From positions 17,688,871 to 17,752,870 of the forward strand of contig NC_092676.1 of NCBI RefSeq assembly GCF_964355755.1: a DNA stretch of 64,000 bases, written 5' to 3'. Below, in pieces: positions 59,846 to 64,000 of the stretch. Every line of letters begins with the position of its first letter. Position 1 is the first letter of the stretch. A program made the translations under genes and the position numbers. The stretch comes from Antedon mediterranea. Its lineage: Eukaryota > Animalia > Echinodermata. Under the pieces are notes generated by a model, which saw only the letters and a program-made list of their open reading frames with translations, had not been told where the DNA came from and searched no databases.

Positions 59846-62800
59846 TTAGGATTTTTGGGGGAAGAGCTCTTTAAACAATTCACCATCTCCTTTCTTCTTG
59901 TCTAACCATTTCCCACATGGAAAGACTGTTCTTTCATTGTTTGCTGTGTTTATTATTTCTACTCTGTCACAAAGCCATGCTGCATTTTTAAATCCTGCAT
60001 TATCATGTTCTATTCGTATTTTCTGCAGTTTGCCCAAATCCAATATTTCTAATTTGAATTTATCAGTTTGACCTGTAAGAAAACAAACCATGTGATCAAT
60101 GTTTTGTAAATAGTAAAAAAAACTGCAAGAACAAAGAAAGCCAAGACTCAACTTAGTTTTTGGTGAAACAAATAAAACTATCGTTCAATGCAAGTCAAGG
60201 TACAGTATCTTTTTGCCTAAGCTAGGCCTTCCATCATGATTGTGTTGCATATGTTGCATTCTAAGCTTCCATACATCATAGAATCAAATTGAAACAAGTA
60301 CATTAACACAATTGTTTACAAAGCTTAGCTGAAATCTCCCTATTAATAATATATTTACCCTTTTCAAACAAATCCCTCCATTTTTGTTTCAGCGCTTGTT
60401 TTCCAGAATCTCCATTTGTTCCATAAATTGTAATGCTTACATTTGCATCTGTGCCTGCGCCTTTCTCATCTGATGTCACTACAATAACCTCATAGTGAAC
60501 TGGAGCCAGATCTAAATTAAACAATACATACATTTAGATAACTTTTTTATAAATCTAAAGCTGTAGTAATTTAATAGAATACAGGTAATATTACCACCCT
60601 TTCTAACCATTGTTGCCAAATTTGCCTTCATATCATTTTTAAATCCCCTTAAACCATTTTCACATCAGCATAAATTGTTACAACTAATTATAACAAGTTG
60701 TAACCAGGTTTGATCTGATTTTTAACACGTTTTCATATATGCATATGTGAACCGTGAGAAATTTTGGAAGAAAGCTAAGTTGCACGCTATCATTTTAATT
60801 ACTATGATTGGTCAGTTTAACACCAGTTCAAAACATGCGGACGCAGTTACAATTCGGAACATCTCAGAACAAAAAAAAAGCCTCTATTTGGTGTGTTTTT
60901 CTTGTAAATCCTGTTCTTCACATTATGCAAACCTGGTTGCAACTTGTTACACAAGTTTTAATATAAATATGTATGTTACAAATATGTATAGTTATGAAAA
61001 GTTGAGTTTCTTGACGTTTCGATCAATATACATTGATACTCGTGAATCTAAAACTGAACAGCAATTGACTTACTTCTTACTGCTTGATACTCAAGAATCT
61101 AAAACTGAACAGCAATTGACTTACTTCTTACTGCTGTCGTTCTTCCTTCTTCAACTGTTTTTGGAACAAGGTGTTTTGCATCGTCACGATCATAACCAAG
61201 AGGTATCCATGCATTACATGGAAATACATATCTGTTTTTCAAAATGTACAATATAAATTATAACATAACTAATTATACATTATCACAAATCATATCATTT
61301 TGTTTATGTTACACACAGTAGAATACCTTGGTTGAGACGCCTTAATTAAAGAGACATTCCGGTGTGCTAATCTGGTAGGCGCTGCACTGCTGGCTGCCGT
61401 GGGTCCGTGGAGGGCCTAATCCAAATTTCCTCAGTTTCCAGTTAAGCTTGAGGACAAATATGAATACCTTTACCTTACCTTTACCTAATTAAAGAAACAT
61501 TTTTATGTAAAATAGCCAATCACTATTCAGAAGATGTCCTCTTATAGATGTTCTACTGTATCTCTTTTTTGCCAGGCCAGACAAACATTTAACTTTCACT
61601 GGTAATATGAGTTCATGGCTCAGGCTATAAAGCCACTAGTAAAGGTAAAGCAGTATTTATACTGGTCCTGAAGCTTAGCTAGAAACTGAGAAAATTCGAA
61701 TTAGGCCCTCCACGTACTCCTGGCTGCCAGCAGTGCAGCCTACCAAATCTAAATACTGGGAGATTCTACGTTCACTACATGTACTGTACACAGGACCAAC
61801 GGCTCCCATCTAACGGACAAGGCAATTGGAGTAAAGCATCACAAGAACGTAATTGAGTAGAAAATTGATCAAATTACTTGCGTTATTATGTAAAAATAAT
61901 AATCACTGTACTACACTATTTTTAATTTGGTTATCAATAAACGTTCTTGCTTTGCGTCCAAACTTAATGTGGAAACTGTGCTAGTGAATCTGTGAACTTA
62001 CTTTGTACCATTACCAGAATCTGTTATAATCACTTCATAACAGTGCCACTCCACATCACGTCCAGTACCCTTTGCTCGTGGACCATCTGGTCTTTCTTTG
62101 TGTCCCAACAAGATACTTTCAATCTTGCCAACATTTCGAGTTGAGAATTTAAAAGTGTTTACATCACCCCTAAATAAACGAAAAACAAAAACAGGATTTT
62201 TAGATTTTAAATGATATGATGCAACAACAAACGGATTTACTTTCAACATTCAACTCCATCTGATGTACTGTAGCCCTCCTCAAGCCTCTGCCATTCATTT
62301 CTACAGTAGTCTAAGTTGTACATGCTTAGGATATGATGTCCGTCCCTCTTGGAGTATATTTTACTGAAAATGACTTGCCACTTGCAGACAACACAGACAA
62401 CAACCTCTCCTAAGGGCCTTTCAGCTGCTGCCACATGGCACTCATTCATCTGTCTACAACATGCTAAGATGGACCTATTAATAACCCTCTCCATATCCGG
62501 GAAGACAGGGCAATAGTATTCTTTGTAAAATTATGAGTATTAAATTGAATACTACATGTAAAAACAAAATAAAAATAAATAAATACACACTTTCTTAGTA
62601 TTTTTTCCTTTGGAGAATTCTCCATTAAGAACTCCTTTGATGACCGTAGATCTCCTTGCAGTATGATCCATGCATTCTGATAGGTCCCTGCATCTCGTTT
62701 ATCAGTTGTAGAGACACTTATCTCATATACTACAGAAAAAAAAGTATTAGAATTATAAAATTGGCAAAGATGGTCAACAACATTTATTATTAAGACCACA

Positions 62801-63829
62801 CCCTCACCCACAAGTGAATGGAACAGGAAAAATTATTACCAATCTTCTCTTTGTTGTCCTTAGGTGCGAGTTGATTATCACACGTGATTTCTCGCATGAT
62901 CTGTTTGTCATCCTCATCACGTGCTAACCATCTATTAACAGTAAACATGTATGATTCGTCTTTCTTCTCATCTCGTACTTCAACAGATTCTAGATTCCAC
63001 CCTGCTTTGAAACCTTCATGAAAAAAATAGAAATAATTTTCTTCTTGCATCAGCTTATTTATCCATAGAGCTAAAAAATTACCTTTTACAGTAGCTTCTT
63101 ACTTTATACAGTATCTCCATGATTTATCCATAAAGGAATAAATATTTCCTCCACGATTTATCTAAAGAAAAGATGACATTAAATACTGGCTTTGTTTAGC
63201 CACTTCACATACTTTCACTGGAACAATGACCAGTATCTATTTTGACACCTACAGTGACTCCATTGTTTTGGCTATTATAATACTATCTTTATCTAATAAA
63301 CCTGCTTTGTATTGGTTCACACCCTTCTAATCCATTGTCTAGTGATGAACAATTACCAATGATTAGGGAGTCGTAAAATAAGATGATATTCACTTTGTAT
63401 TCATCTCAATTTTACTTGGTTAGCATTAGCAAGACGACGGTTGTAGCTTAACCATCAAGGCATTTTTTCTTTACTTTATTTCCTTTTTGAAATGCTATAA
63501 CAAAAGCCTCACTTTAGTAATGTTAATATTTCAAATCACAAAATGCATTTGTTTTAATGGAGAGACAGCCATTTTCTATACATTACAACAGAATATCTAA
63601 CCTGCATTGTCATGCCAAATTCTAATCTTTGTTAGTTCTCCTAAACTTAGCATATCAAACTTGAAGACGTCCATCTGGTTCCTTTCAAATTTATCACGAT
63701 GTGTTGTAGATTCTTTTAGCTTCAGTTCACCAGAATCTCCATTCATTCCAAAGACAACAATAGAAACATTCGCATCTGTTCCACCTCCTCGAACGTCACC
63801 AGTTTTTACATTAACAATGTAAGTAGTAT
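59846..63829 (-). CDS. LOXHD1: 3' part of lipoxygenase homology domain-containing protein 1-like gene (tandem PLAT repeats); continues beyond the window
   Basis: Phase-consistent exons 63829-63602, 63013-62840, 62729-62591, 62169-62002, 61231-61125, 60511-60359, 60072-59846 encode three consecutive PLAT domains ([31 protein letters not shown]) ending ELFPQKS-stop. Confidence 0.82.
61360..61850. mobile_element. Two SINE-like fragments in inverted orientation in a LOXHD1 intron
   Basis: TGGTAGGC..TGCACTGCTGGC.GCC..GTGGAGGGCCTAAT..(ACCTTT)n at 61372-61486; reverse complement at ~61640-61745. Confidence 0.55.
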
Positions 63830-64000
63830 CTATCATATGGAGTTAAATTATACTAAATCAAAATATCTCACCACAAGACTGCCTGCATAATCTTAAGTAT
63901 TCATGGTTTGTAAACGGTTAAGGGTTAATATTATGTAGGATATTTGTGATCACATAGTAAATTATCTGCCTTTACTTTATGTATAATGAGATAGCTTACT

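Noticed and set aside
61033-61134. 51-bp tandem duplication of a LOXHD1 donor site as an in-frame alternative donor
   Set aside because: The extension contains an in-frame TAG, so it cannot add 17 residues
60747-61256. 169-aa + strand ORF antisense to LOXHD1
   Set aside because: No recognisable motif; spans intron, a local duplication and the antisense of a real exon

Overview
AT-rich eukaryotic (invertebrate metazoan) genomic DNA. Most of the window (+ strand, at least 8159-54641) is one intron-rich polycystin-1-family (PKD1-like / REJ-type) gene. I can trace 42 GT-AG exons whose phases join into one open frame of about 2,900 codons; the 5' signal-peptide exon was not found. Domain order: Thr/Pro linker, C-type lectin, F-type (fucose) lectin, linker, C-type lectin, linkers, F-type lectin, PKD-like, REJ, GAIN/GPS (HL|TSF), TM1, PLAT, TM2-5, TOP plus polycystin channel. 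The lectin head was remodelled by a recent tandem duplication with one breakpoint in a 58-bp satellite, followed by microhomology deletions and LINE insertions. The two C-type lectin exons are more diverged than their flanking intron. The 3' end of a multi-PLAT LOXHD1-like gene lies convergently on the - strand (59846-63829). Introns and flanks carry three LINEs, a Penelope relic with a hammerhead-like motif, piggyBac-, Academ-, Harbinger- and Helentron-like non-autonomous elements, tRNA-derived SINE relics and several tandem arrays. Exon boundaries and difference counts were read by eye, not computed.
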